NCBI GenBank assembly: GCA_051294375.1
Contig: CM119263.1
Coordinates: forward strand, 5,326,010 to 5,390,009
Reading direction: 5' to 3'
DNA: 64,000 bases
Source of the DNA: Paraspadella gotoi
Taxonomy: Eukaryota > Animalia > Chaetognatha
Shown here: piece after piece, positions 20,275 to 31,878 of the stretch
Layout of the letters: each line of letters starts with the position of its first letter
Position numbering within the stretch: the stretch's first letter is position 1
Program-made: the position numbers and the translations under genes
The notes under the pieces: model-generated
Told to the model about the DNA's origin: nothing
The model's database searches: none
The model's input: only the letters and a program-made list of their open reading frames with translations

Positions 20275-23200
20275 TCACAGTTTGCAACTGGGCTTAATCT
20301 GGAATTGGTAAGGATGTTGTAATGCGAAAGCATGTTGCGAGGGGAAACCGTTGATATACTGATGTTGTGGTTCGGGAGGAGACGCTTCGTCAACGCGCGA
20401 CAGTTGCGCCAACTCTTCGTCGCTTGTGTCGCTCGCGACATTCGCCTCCGTCACTGACTTGTCCATCGATAACGAAGATGATGACAAAATGTGAGAAGTC
20501 CCGAGACCAGAGTCCCGTTCATTAATTCTGAAAAGTAAATATGGTTAAATATCATGCTAAGCAATACAAATTTTCATATAGTACAAGATCGAACCTTCCA
20601 GTGGGCACCCTCCGTTGATTGTCCTTCCAAATCGCCTTGTTATCTCCCGCATTTGGAACTGTTTCATCCGAAGGCGCCTTTTGTGGCGCATGTTGGTGGA
20701 GGGCGACGTGGCTGCAGCAGGAAGACCGACAGAGAGATGACACGAAACAATGGCACGTTTGGTGATGACAAAGGGGCTGACGTGAGCAGTGAAAGAGGGC
20801 GGGATCAATATCTCCACTGTCGAGACCGAGTGGAGGGGCATTTGGGGTAAGGCAGGGTGAGTGAACGTGATTGCTGCCGCAGTTGGCGATTCTGGGATCA
20901 ACGCCGCAAGGTAAGGTCGAGGCACGAGGGAACAGTTGAGGATTAAAAGGATGATGTTGACACGTGGGGATGAGGTTTTCGGCAGGGTAGCCCGATACGA
21001 GGGAAGTTGATGGGGGACAAGGGGATGATTGTCCAAAGCTTGGAGAAACGGATGCGTGCAAAGCTTGGGGAAGAGCAACGGAAGAAAGAGATGAAGTCGA
21101 GGCAAGCGGAGTGCGGCAACATCTGAAAAAATCGATGGAGAGTTTTTTTTTTATATTAATTAATTCATATATTAATTTTATTTCCCTTGGCCTTTGATTT
21201 CTTTCCACTTTCTCTTCTGTCTTTAACTTATCCTACAACTGTTCTTGCTTACTTTAGTGTCCTAAAACTTCAACGCTTTAAGTTTAACCTCTCACTCTCT
21301 CGTTCTTTCTCTCGTTGTCCAAATAAATTTTACAGAAAAATTATAATAACTATACAATAAACACTTATAGTAAGTAATTCCTTACCCATTCATCACCGCC
21401 ACACCATGACGATCGTTGGACTCATGAATTCGGTTAGGCGAGGATTTAATGTGGGACTCAATTACATCCGCGGGATGTAACGACGACGGCGACGAACTAA
21501 TGCATCGAATAATCTCATCCTCGACGCCAGAGTTGAATTTCTTCAATCGGATCGAGTCTAACTCTCCTGTCGGAGAACGGACGCCTCCGTTCTTCAGCGC
21601 TTCGTGCGGCGAATAGCTTTTCTTCCTAAAGGATGCGAGGAGGGCGGGCACGGGCGAATGGTTCAAGTGGTTTCGCGCTTCAAGCGTCACGTCCGGCTTC
21701 GGCGGATCGTCGTCGTCGTCCGGAGGTGGCGCTGTCGGCGGCTGGGGCGCGCGCATCACGGGAAGCGTCGACGTGATTATCGAGGAATCCTTGACGTTTT
21801 GCAGCATCGAAACTGGACGCCATCTAGATTTGATCGTCGGCGGTTCCAGGATAGCGTACACGTGATTTTCTGTGAGGGGAAAAACTTTAATCAATCAGAA
21901 AAGTTACGATCCCTCTCTTTTTTAATTATTTCGTCCACCTCGACTCACCGGGTATTTCGTGGTAGAGAGGCTCTTCGTTGGTCTCCCCTCCGACAGTCGA
22001 AGATCGCGCGTAGTTTGGAGGCGTCGACAAAGCGATGGGCGTTGGCGTGGAGGTGCTCGAGACGGGCGCCAAGTAGTCGTCCGCATCTTGAGACATTTGA
22101 GACGAGGATCTATTCTCTCCGTTTTGAGGCGGAGGTCGGAATTGGTGATTGAAATAATCCGTCACGGCTTCCGAATCAACGATCGACGCGTCTGATTAAT
22201 CATCAATAAATTCGTTTCTTCATTTATTCATGACAAAGGACCAAAATGATCTTTATATTGAAACCAAAATGAATTCACAAAAAAAAAAATTAATGAACAT
22301 CAATTATTTTTCAAACTATCCGTAAAACTAAGTAACTTACCAACGCAGCTGAGATTCCTCATGTCCCTCTCGTAAGGAGCGAGAGAGTCGAAGCCGCCGT
22401 TGTCCGCCGTCGAACTTTGGCAGGGAACATCACTACCGAGAATCGGCCGATTGAGGGAGGCCGTGTTGCCGACGCTGTTCTGGCCGCCTGCCGGAGACGC
22501 CGTCGTCTTGGGTCCCAATCCGGCGCGACGGCGAACATCGAGCCAGCGCCACACGTGGGACGAATTAGAACTTGACGGCGGAGAAGCCGTTTGATTGGAT
22601 GACCAGTTTCCACGGCCTGAAGCGAAATAAAACTAGTTTATAATTTATCATAATACATGTATCATTATGCTTGCTGAAAATACATTTGAATTTTTGAAGT
22701 GGAAAAAATTGTTATTAGTTTAAAATTAATTTTTAGCTTAAAAATAGATCTTTTGGCAATTTTATCCTCCTCCCGATTCATCAATTACCGATAAGACAGA
22801 TTTTGAGACAGTCGGGCATCCATGATGATCTTCTCACGTATTTGAGATATTCCTTTCTCACTTTTTCGTTGAAGATGCAGTGAAAAAGGAAAATGAACAA
22901 TCCTTGGAGAGAGTTAAGGATTGTAAAGATGTAGGCCATCATCACGTTAGACTCGTGAACAAAGAGAAGTCCAGTGAGCCACGTCAGACCCAAAAGTACG
23001 ACCTGGATAAGACGGATTGTTATTTTTATAATTAAATTGCATTAGAATTTTATGCTTATCTACTAATAAATTTTATTAAATTAAGCATCCTTGTACGAAA
23101 AATACTCACCATTATGGCAGATCCTTTTATCCAGGAGGAAAGCCCAACGGTTCTACCCAAGTGCTTCTGGCTTTCAGAACCTTGACTCCCACCTTTATTC

Positions 23201-26200
23201 ATCGAGGGGTTTCCGATCCCCGTGTGTTTACACATCTGGAGGAAGAAAAGAAACCGAGAATTGAGAATAATAACATGGGAAGGGTAGGGATACACTAGAA
23301 CTGCGCTAAATTTACTAAATAGTAAAACAAAAAAAAATTGTGTAATACAGTAAACAAGTAGACCGATTTTCATTATAAGTTTATAAAAGTTTATAAAAGT
23401 TTATATAAGTTTATATTAGTTTCACCTAATGAAAGCTAAATGTTTTTTTACCTGAAACATGGCGATCGAAAGAAAGATGATGTTCAAAAACAAGACGACG
23501 ACGACAGGACCGACGAAAGCAAAAGTAAATCCGTCCTCGTGCGTCAACCAACAATATCTATCGGTTCCGTATCGCGAGGAGGCGTGACTTATTTCCGAGA
23601 CGACGACGGAGACGGCAACGATGACGAGAGGAAAACCGTAGCCAGCCGCGTAGTACCACTTGGTCCGAGATCGCTCCGCCTCAAACACCTGGACTAGCAT
23701 GGCATAAAGATGGACGCCTTCCAGGCACATCCAGGCGAAGGCGGCCAGGAAGAAGTAATGCAACAGGCCAGCGATTGAGGCGCACAGCAGGCGATTGTCA
23801 GTTTTGTGGACGCCCAGCAGGAAGACCAGTTCTGCAACCATCAGGCAGAAGCAGAGATTCTTGTGAATTGTGTTGCGTTCGCATTGCAGATTGCGGAGCA
23901 AAATAAAAGTACAGAGTGCGATGAAAAGAGCGACGATGGAAATGATGCAACCTGCCAAAGATTAGGTTTTTTTATTTTCTAAAAATTTTTTTTTTCAAAT
24001 ATTTAAAAAGAAATGGATAAGACTTGGTCACATAATTGCGTACCAGCATACGTAATGACAATCAGCGGAATTTCATGTTGGGAATCCAGAAATACAGCGT
24101 TGTAATCCATAAGTACAGCGAAGTTGGTCAAATGATCGCAGGCACACTGGGTATGCGTGGAATTGGTGGATAAGAGTCGGCATCCTTGCGATGACCAACC
24201 ACCACGAGGAATGCTGTTATCCCAGAAGACGCACCGAACTAAATAGAAGTTGAACGACATTGTATAGTTTAATATTTAATATTAAGCTCTGACGTCGTAA
24301 GTTTATAATACGAACCTGCACCACTTTTTGAGTCGATATCCTCGGGCAGAGGAACCGAATTTTTAAACGTGACGGAAATGGGTTCAGCGACGTCCGTCCA
24401 CTTATTGGGTTCGTTGACGGACGCCGTGAGGACGCGGGAGTTGACGCTCCAATTTCCGGCGTCGTCGGCGTCACCCAGCGGCCTCGAGACGATGGAGTCT
24501 TCGACGAGCGGCGACGAATGGACACCGTTGAAAATGGCGCCGATCTTATCGTAGGAGGCGAAGACGAGACGAATCTGTTATTAGAGAATATTGTTTCATG
24601 TTTATGCCATAAATTATATTATTGTTATAAAATTTTGTTATATAAAAATAATTATAAAAGTTCTCCATCCCTTTTACAAGATAATCATAATAACAAGTCA
24701 ATGTCACCTTTCAAATTAGACTAGTAGTTTATTATATAATTTCCAGAGTACTTGGCTCCATTGAGGAATATTCTTTAACAGTTACAGTTAGATAAAAAAA
24801 ATACTATCAATATAAATAAATTGATAAAGGTGACAAATAGCGAACTAAAGGATTCGAGAATTAAAATAATCAGACAAAAGAGCATTTAAAATAAATTTGA
24901 TTTAATTATCGACTAACCTCTCCACCGTCGTCTCTCAACTTCTCCAGACTTTTCCGAGGAATGACTACCGACTCCCCAATCATCTCTCTATCATCGTAAC
25001 GACCCGATGGAAACGTTGTGTCGGCGCCCGGCGCCTCCGAGCCGCGAAACACCTTAACTTCGAGCAGAACGTTCTCGCGTGAAAAGCGGCGCGCGACGCC
25101 GGATGACGACGCCATGGACGCCGCTAGGAGAAAGGCCGAGGCTTCGATCCCATCAAGGAGTTCCATCGCCGTCGACTTTCTGCTCCTCGTCCCAACTTCG
25201 CTCCAGGCGTCTTGCTCCAGTATGTTGTTGCCGATGGTAAAGACTGTAAATATGAGGAAAAAAAAAACGTGACAAACTAATAATTTAAGCTTGCCAACTT
25301 TTACTTTATATAGTTTTTCTTGTGAACTTAAATTTTTTGGTTAAACTTTAAAATCGATTTCTTGGTGGAGAACACACCAGGGCGATTTAAATATTTTAAG
25401 AACCGCCATATAAACGTCTAATAAATTATTAACTAATAAGAATAATTTTATTAATTTTTTTTGTGACGACTATCCCTGGATGAAATCGGTGTGCATTATC
25501 TTTTTTATCAATTTTCAAAATATACACATAGATTGACTCAAAAAAATCTCAACTAACAAAATGACAATTACTTTTTTCGGCGAAATCGAGCGTCTGGCCC
25601 TCCACGTCAGCGACCGGCCTTTCGACGAGCGTCTTGGACATCTGCTCCTCGAGAGCGGAGACGAACTCTGTCGTCTTGACAATGTCGCCACCTGTCAGAT
25701 CCTGTGCTCGGGAGGTACGGACTACAAGGTCTTGACTGAGAGATTGGGCCGACTCGTTGCCTGAGGGATAGAGAAAAGTATCATTTGTTAATTCTTTGGT
25801 AATAATGAGTTGCAAAATAATTTTTTTAATGGCGAAATAATTAAAAGAATTCTGATTAGGTAAAACTGATTGAAAGCTTGCAGTATATTGCGAAATATAG
25901 CATTTAGTATAAATAAGTTTTAAAAATTTATCGACACTTACCCTTCGTAATCCTCTGTTCCATAAAAGACACCCAAGGCGACACACAATTGGTGAGGTCG
26001 GAAATGATCTCCAACTCTCCGTTAGGTAGGCAAAGGCTGACCTCTACCCCTAGTCCGCCGCGCGGACAGGTGCGCCTGACGACACGATCCACGGGGATGT
26101 CCCGCTCCCCCGTCACCGGGTCCGCACACTTAGTCAGCGGTGCCTCGGAAGTGTGGGCGATTGAGGGCAACGCGTTGGCGGAGGGCGAGGGCGTTTCGAT

Positions 26201-27912
26201 CGGAGGTGGAGACGAAGAGGGGCGTGGCGCACGCGTGGGGTAAATCACTTCGTTGGAAGTTTCTTTGGTCGTTGAGATGGTGGAGAATTGATCGAGGATG
26301 GAGGTCTGTGTTGACGGGGGCTCCGTTGTGAAGCTGAAAAGGAAGAAGGAAAGAAAAGCATTAATTTAATACGTAAAGCGGTTAGACACTCTCAACCTAA
26401 CGACTAACGTTAGCCCAAATACGTAGACGCTCATTTTTAAATGTACTGACAAAGCACTAACCTAAGTTCATCGATACTTGGCTTTCTTTTTAAAAATCTA
26501 ATTTTTTTAAAGGAATTTTGTTTTTAAAACTTGAGCGGTGATCCAGAACGTTTTGGATCAACGCTTTCTTTATTTATTATTTTTAAAACTCACCTGGTGG
26601 TTGTGTCGGGGGGAGAGCATTCGTAGTTGACTTCGAGATATTTGTAAATTCCCGGACAAGCGTCGTTGAAAACAGTTGTTGAGGCGTGAAGGTCACAAGT
26701 ACGATGACCGTTGCATCTGAATTTCAAAGACAATTTTATCTTTTACGCTAGTAAAAGATTGTCAAAAACTATAAAAAATAACTAAACTTTTACCTGTGGC
26801 TAACAATTTCCGTAGCAGAGTTGTCCTCGATGCCACACATGATGTTGTCAAGATCGTCCTCCGGTTGGTTCTGTAAATAATGTAATGTTTATAATGCAAT
26901 GTAAGGTTTACTTTTGGAAGCGCGAAGCAGTTTGCCAAAGCTCAAATTCTAATTAAACATTTTCAACGCTTTTTGGGTTAAAAAAAAACTTAAATCAATA
27001 ACCAGATTTAGATCAATTCACGGTTAATCAACAAAATTGATGTCTTAGATTCGAAATTAAGGAATAAAACGTAAAATTTACGACTTACATAATGACTCGA
27101 GGCTATAGATGAAAATAAAATTACAAAAAATTACTAGTAGCTCCAGTATTACGTTTACATGCTAGTCTTCTTAAATGAAAAAAAAGTTATTACCGGCAAG
27201 ACACACTGAACGGGGGTGATTCTCCCAAAGAGCGCCCGCTTGATCTTGAGCACGTGACCCAAAGCGGAACAGGAGAGACTCAAGTATGACCCTTCGCAGG
27301 TGACGGTCACTGTGGGCGTGATACTTGGCATCTGGTGATGGAACTGGGAAGCTGACTTGGGGGACTGACCTGAATAAAAATGGAACAGGTTGATGAAACG
27401 CATGAAATGAAAATGGCGCTTAATTTTGTAATTCTCCTGACCTCCTGGTGTTAATCTACAAAGAAAAACCTTTCAAATGATTTTTTAAAGAATAAAAACT
27501 ACACTTCTAAAAATCCTTCGGTAGGATTCAAGTTGAACCGGATATGAATTTCTGACTTTGATAAAAATAATCTTATCATGAAATATTCGAAGGTTTGCCA
27601 AAAAAAATAGGAGCAACGACTGAATGAGAAGATAAGAAAAGATTCTGTCTTCGAAAAAAAAACAACTAATTTCTCATCTCTCAATCAAATTTATTATCAT
27701 TCGGCACTCCCGATTATTAAGTCCATATATATTTCCTCTCGTTCTTGCCTACACTTTTTTAAATCCTTTGCCCTTTCCTTTATTAACTTACCCCTCGATC
27801 TGCTGGGGATGTTGAGCGTCTTTTGACTAAATGATGGCATCTTCGTCGGATCGGGCAGCGCCGAGACAGCGACAAGCAGCGCCGCAAGAAGCGCCGCGGC
27901 CGACGCCGCCAT
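20275..27912 (-). CDS. ADGRL: Latrophilin (adhesion GPCR L; Cirl/LAT-1-like), 17 coding exons, ~1493 aa
   Basis: Exons 27912-27792, 27369-27194, 26870-26794, 26716-26594, 26333-25942, 25760-25572, 25243-24918, 24574-24316, 24238-24044, 23951-23452, 23235-23110, 23002-22789, 22616-22341, 22191-21949, 21869-21386, 21122-20595 and 20527-20275 sum to 4482 nt in frame. Domains: signal peptide; rhamnose-binding lectin ([27 protein letters not shown]); hormone-receptor domain ([10 protein letters not shown]); GAIN/GPS (CVFWD..WSSQGC..CACDHL|TNFAVLM); 7TM ([37 protein letters not shown]). Confidence 0.95.
24702..24835. repeat. Small intronic inverted-repeat element (possible short MITE)
   Basis: tgtcacctttcaaatt ... 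aattgataaaggtgaca, within latrophilin intron 7. No TSD identified. Confidence 0.35.
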
Positions 27913-28266
27913 TTTCGGGCCGGAGAGAAAAAAAAAAGGAAGGCGTTGGAAATGAAGAGATTCCTCGGAGAATTGAAAGACTTTAAATGAGGCCCTCGTT
28001 AGTTCCTTTTTGCCGATTTTGCCGAGAAACGCGGGGCGGGCGCGGCGCCGGTATTTTCCGGTCCGAGAAGGCGGAGGCGCCGCGGGCCGGAATTGCGTGG
28101 GATGAAGGGAGGAACTGAACTCGGAGGCGAGAGAAAGGTTTTCGCCACGGGCATCGCAAGATCGATCGTGAAGAGAGAATTCGCTTCTTTGTGAAATGTG
28201 AGATGTGACGTCGAAAGTGATAATAATCCTAAGTCTGTGAGAGGGAGAGTTGCTTCGATTGCTGAT
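27913..28266 (-). other. Probable 5' leader of latrophilin, downstream of a splice acceptor
   Basis: Acceptor ttatttttgcag| at 28267, followed by an abrupt switch to GC-rich sequence that runs into the signal-peptide ATG at 27912. Confidence 0.55.
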
Positions 28267-29064
28267 CTGCAAAAATAACAAGGAATGTATATTATTTGTA
28301 TAAATAATATATAAATATATTTGTGTTTTTAAAAGCGACTTTTCCATTGATTGAGACTGCGTAAAAATTAATCATACAATTTGCATTTCTTTGAGTAAGA
28401 AACATCTTACTTCGATACGGTCGTTTTTAACCCCTAGCAGGTCGGAAAGGTATGTGTGAATAAAAAAAAATAACTTTTTAGGAATAAAGTCAAGAAAGTC
28501 CAACACGTACATTTTTAGTATGCTAGTAAAGTTTTATTCTTAATCAACGTTTTGTAAAAATTTAAACACGTCCCCTGCAATATATTTATTGGGAAAATAT
28601 AAACCACCACTGTTAGAAAAGGCGTATATTTATAAAAATATAGCCAAGCATTTCAATAAAATCTCTCACTACAAATAGTTACGCTCAGAAATTTTCTTTT
28701 CCATCCAAATTTTTAATAAGTTTTATTCTGCATTTATAAAGAGAAAAAAAGAGAGAGAGACGGTAGCAAAGAATTCGCCAACGGCAGAGCAGGTGATGAT
28801 GAAGGGAAAAGCATCAAGGGCGGATCAATGGCGGGTTGTGGGTGTATCATCGATGGTTCATGGGTGGATCATCCAAGGGTCATGGGTGGATCATGGGTGG
28901 CTGCGTTAATGAAGAGCTCGATATCCTTGAGCCGACGAATGATGAGGATTTCGATAAGAAGAGAGAAACTTTAGACGAAATCCCAAAGAGATTTTACGAA
29001 GAGTTTTTTTAGATTTGAAGAGGAAAAATTGAAAAATTTCAAATTAAAGAAAAAATGATTTCTT

Positions 29065-29101
<37 letters not shown>

Positions 29102-31764
29102 CTTTTACTTATCATCGTTGAAAATAGAATGAAGGTGTTTCTTTATTTTTTCTTGGCTCTGATCGATTCCAGGATCTCGAAACTGATTTAAAATGCTTTT
29201 CTTTTCAGGATGTCATCGACCTTTCCCCCGGATACCTATCACTACCAAAACTGACAAGTGATATTCAAATATAAGACAAAAAACGCGACATGGAAAGTAA
29301 TCGATGTAAATTCACAAATTTGTTTAACGAATTTGTGATACCAAGACAGGTCGGTTTCAAAAACCAAAATCAAGATCCGTGATTTTGAATTCATTCGCCG
29401 AAAACCGAAATGATATTTGCTTTGGAATGTGATTCAAATATCAGGATTGGGGGAAGGAAAGGGAACCGACCAGCGAAAGCAACAGAGCGGCACAAAGAAC
29501 TCACCTTTCCATTTGCACTGTAGTATTGCAGTGAACTTGGCCAAATTGTTGAATTAAAATGGAAACTTTTGTCTTGTTAGCGGTTAAAGGAATTATGAAA
29601 CAACTGATGAAAAAGAAATCATCATTAATATATATATTAATATATATATATTATATTTAACAAACAGGATAAAAATATGCCTCTTAGCACTTAAACACTT
29701 AACCTTGGCTGTAGTTATTTGTAAAATATACATTTGATAATCCCTTCATAATTAAGCTATAAAGCAGAATATTGTTTAATATTAGCCATCTAAAATTGTC
29801 TGTTGATGTAAGGAGATCATCTCTTTGTCAACAAGTTTTACTCGCATTACCAAAAAACTAAAATCGCCTCTAAGCAAAACTCTAAACATAAGAAATAGAT
29901 TATTTCCTATAACTCATCGCTCTTGACTCAAACGTTCCAAGTTTTTTTTCTTTCCCAAATTTCATTTTACCTCCCGTTTGTTGACAAAAGTTTTGGTTAA
30001 ACCAATAAACTTTCTCTCTCCGCCTGCCAGCTCAAAAACGCAAATAAATGCTCTCTTTATGTGTGTGTACTAACTTTGGATTTAGAGTCGCTCATTTTTT
30101 TTTGTTTATGAATTATGTTTACTCGACAGTTTATATAGGTACGTATATTTCTTCCAAATCGAAAATAAAGGGAAAAAAAATATTGGCAGGGAGATCGAAT
30201 GGACAGAGTCTTTGGCAAAACATTTTTTCGGCTAAAAAAAAAGAAAAAAAGAAAATGGAATCTTTTGGGTCCCGGGCTAAAAACATTCCGCGTCAAGAAA
30301 AAAAAGTTCCATTTCAATTGGTTTTTAAATTTTCACATAGCGACGTAAAAAATCATTTTTTTCGGGGAATTTCGGTGGCAAGACTTTTTTCGGGACGAGA
30401 GCAATATTTGGTTCAGATCGAGGGACGGTTGGACGGACGGATGGATGGACGAGCGTCGTTTGAGTGGAAACGAAATGGATCATCTTCGATGATATTGACG
30501 AATATTTGACTCGAGGCTTTTCTCTCTTTTGTTGATCCCGTTTTATCTCTCTACCTGTTTGTTCACCGTGTATCACGCTCGCCCTTATTTCGATAACCCG
30601 AAGGGGATAAACAAAAACCAGAGAGAGAGAGACAGAGGGAGAGAGAGACAGAGATAGATAACTCGGAACCGAATTTAGATAAAAGCGGCGAAGTTGTCTG
30701 CGCGAGGAAGGAGATAACGGAGGCAGATGACGCGGATGCACATGACATGACTTGACATGACATCACGCTTAAGTTCTCATCGAAGATAAGTCTCGGTTGA
30801 AGTCAATGCGACTTTGTGCGAGCTTTATTCACCGCTCACACACAAAACGGATCACGCCTCAAAAGCGGCAAGATCTTTGTCGACAGAAAAAGTGAATAAA
30901 ATCGCAGTTTAATTCTTCGCTTCGTCTCATCCAATTTTGAATCGATTGCAAATTCGAGTAAACGAGATAGAAAAGCGAGATAAAATTTTAAACGTGATAG
31001 AAAGACGAAAGAAAACGCGAGAGAAAAGGCCAGAAAATTATTTAAAATGAGAGAAAACAAAACGCATTATAAAATGCTGAAGAAAATTGAAAATACCATT
31101 CTAAAAGCGACAGAAAATGCGATTAAAAATGGCAGACGAGAAAATCAAAGTCAGGGGCTAGATAGTTTATATATTAAAGGAATGGGTATTTTTGTATTGG
31201 TTGTACTAATTTCATTAATGATTATGATTATTGGCCGAGTTGAGGTGCTCACTTACTCAATTTTTAATTTTTAATTTTTCCTTATTCTTTTTCATTTCTC
31301 TTTCACATTTTTTCAACGAATTGACTAACTGCGTTGAGCGATTTGAATCTAAAGTCAGTCCGAAAGATTTTGGACAATGAGAGGCTCATGAGAAAATACG
31401 TTCTGCATTTAAAAAGTTTAGAGAAAGAAAATGCGAGAAAGAATTTCTAGTGAGATTCTTTAAAGAATTGAGAGGGTTAATGCTTGGGTTTGAGTTTATG
31501 AAAACATTTTCTCGTCATTTATCGTGGCTATAAAATAAAGGTAAACGTATAGTTTATATTTAAAAGTGAATATAAGCATAATGTTACATTCATAAAATCA
31601 AATAAACCACAACCGTGAGAAAGCGAAAAGAAGCAATCGATATTTTATTAATTCCGAATATTTTGGTCGACGAAATCTTTTACGCGAAATTTCTGATGAA
31701 TTCCGGTTGAGCGGTTGTAATCCTGGAGAAATGAGGAATATTCGGAAGGTAAGGCAAAAAGAGA

Positions 31765-31790
31765 AGAGACAGAGAGAGAGAGAGAAAGAA

Positions 31791-31877
<87 letters not shown>
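31765..31877. repeat. (GA)n microsatellite, representative of many GA/TC tracts between 29 and 63.3 kb
   Basis: Directly visible. Similar tracts lie at about 29068, 34285-34433, 34861, 35261, 41540, 45195, 48673, 51437, 58130 and 59808. Confidence 0.95.

Positions 31878-31878
<1 letters not shown>

Noticed and set aside
3189-26331. Plus-strand ORFs overlapping the minus-strand genes (e.g. 3350-3979, 6120-6971, 13982-14557, 17294-17836)
   Set aside because: Antisense shadows of GC-rich coding exons, with no independent motifs.
27442-27455. 14-nt micro-exon candidate in latrophilin intron 1 (ttctttgtag|attaacaccaggag|gtcagg)
   Set aside because: The donor is weak and inclusion would give an immediate stop. 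It cannot be distinguished from chance without RNA data.
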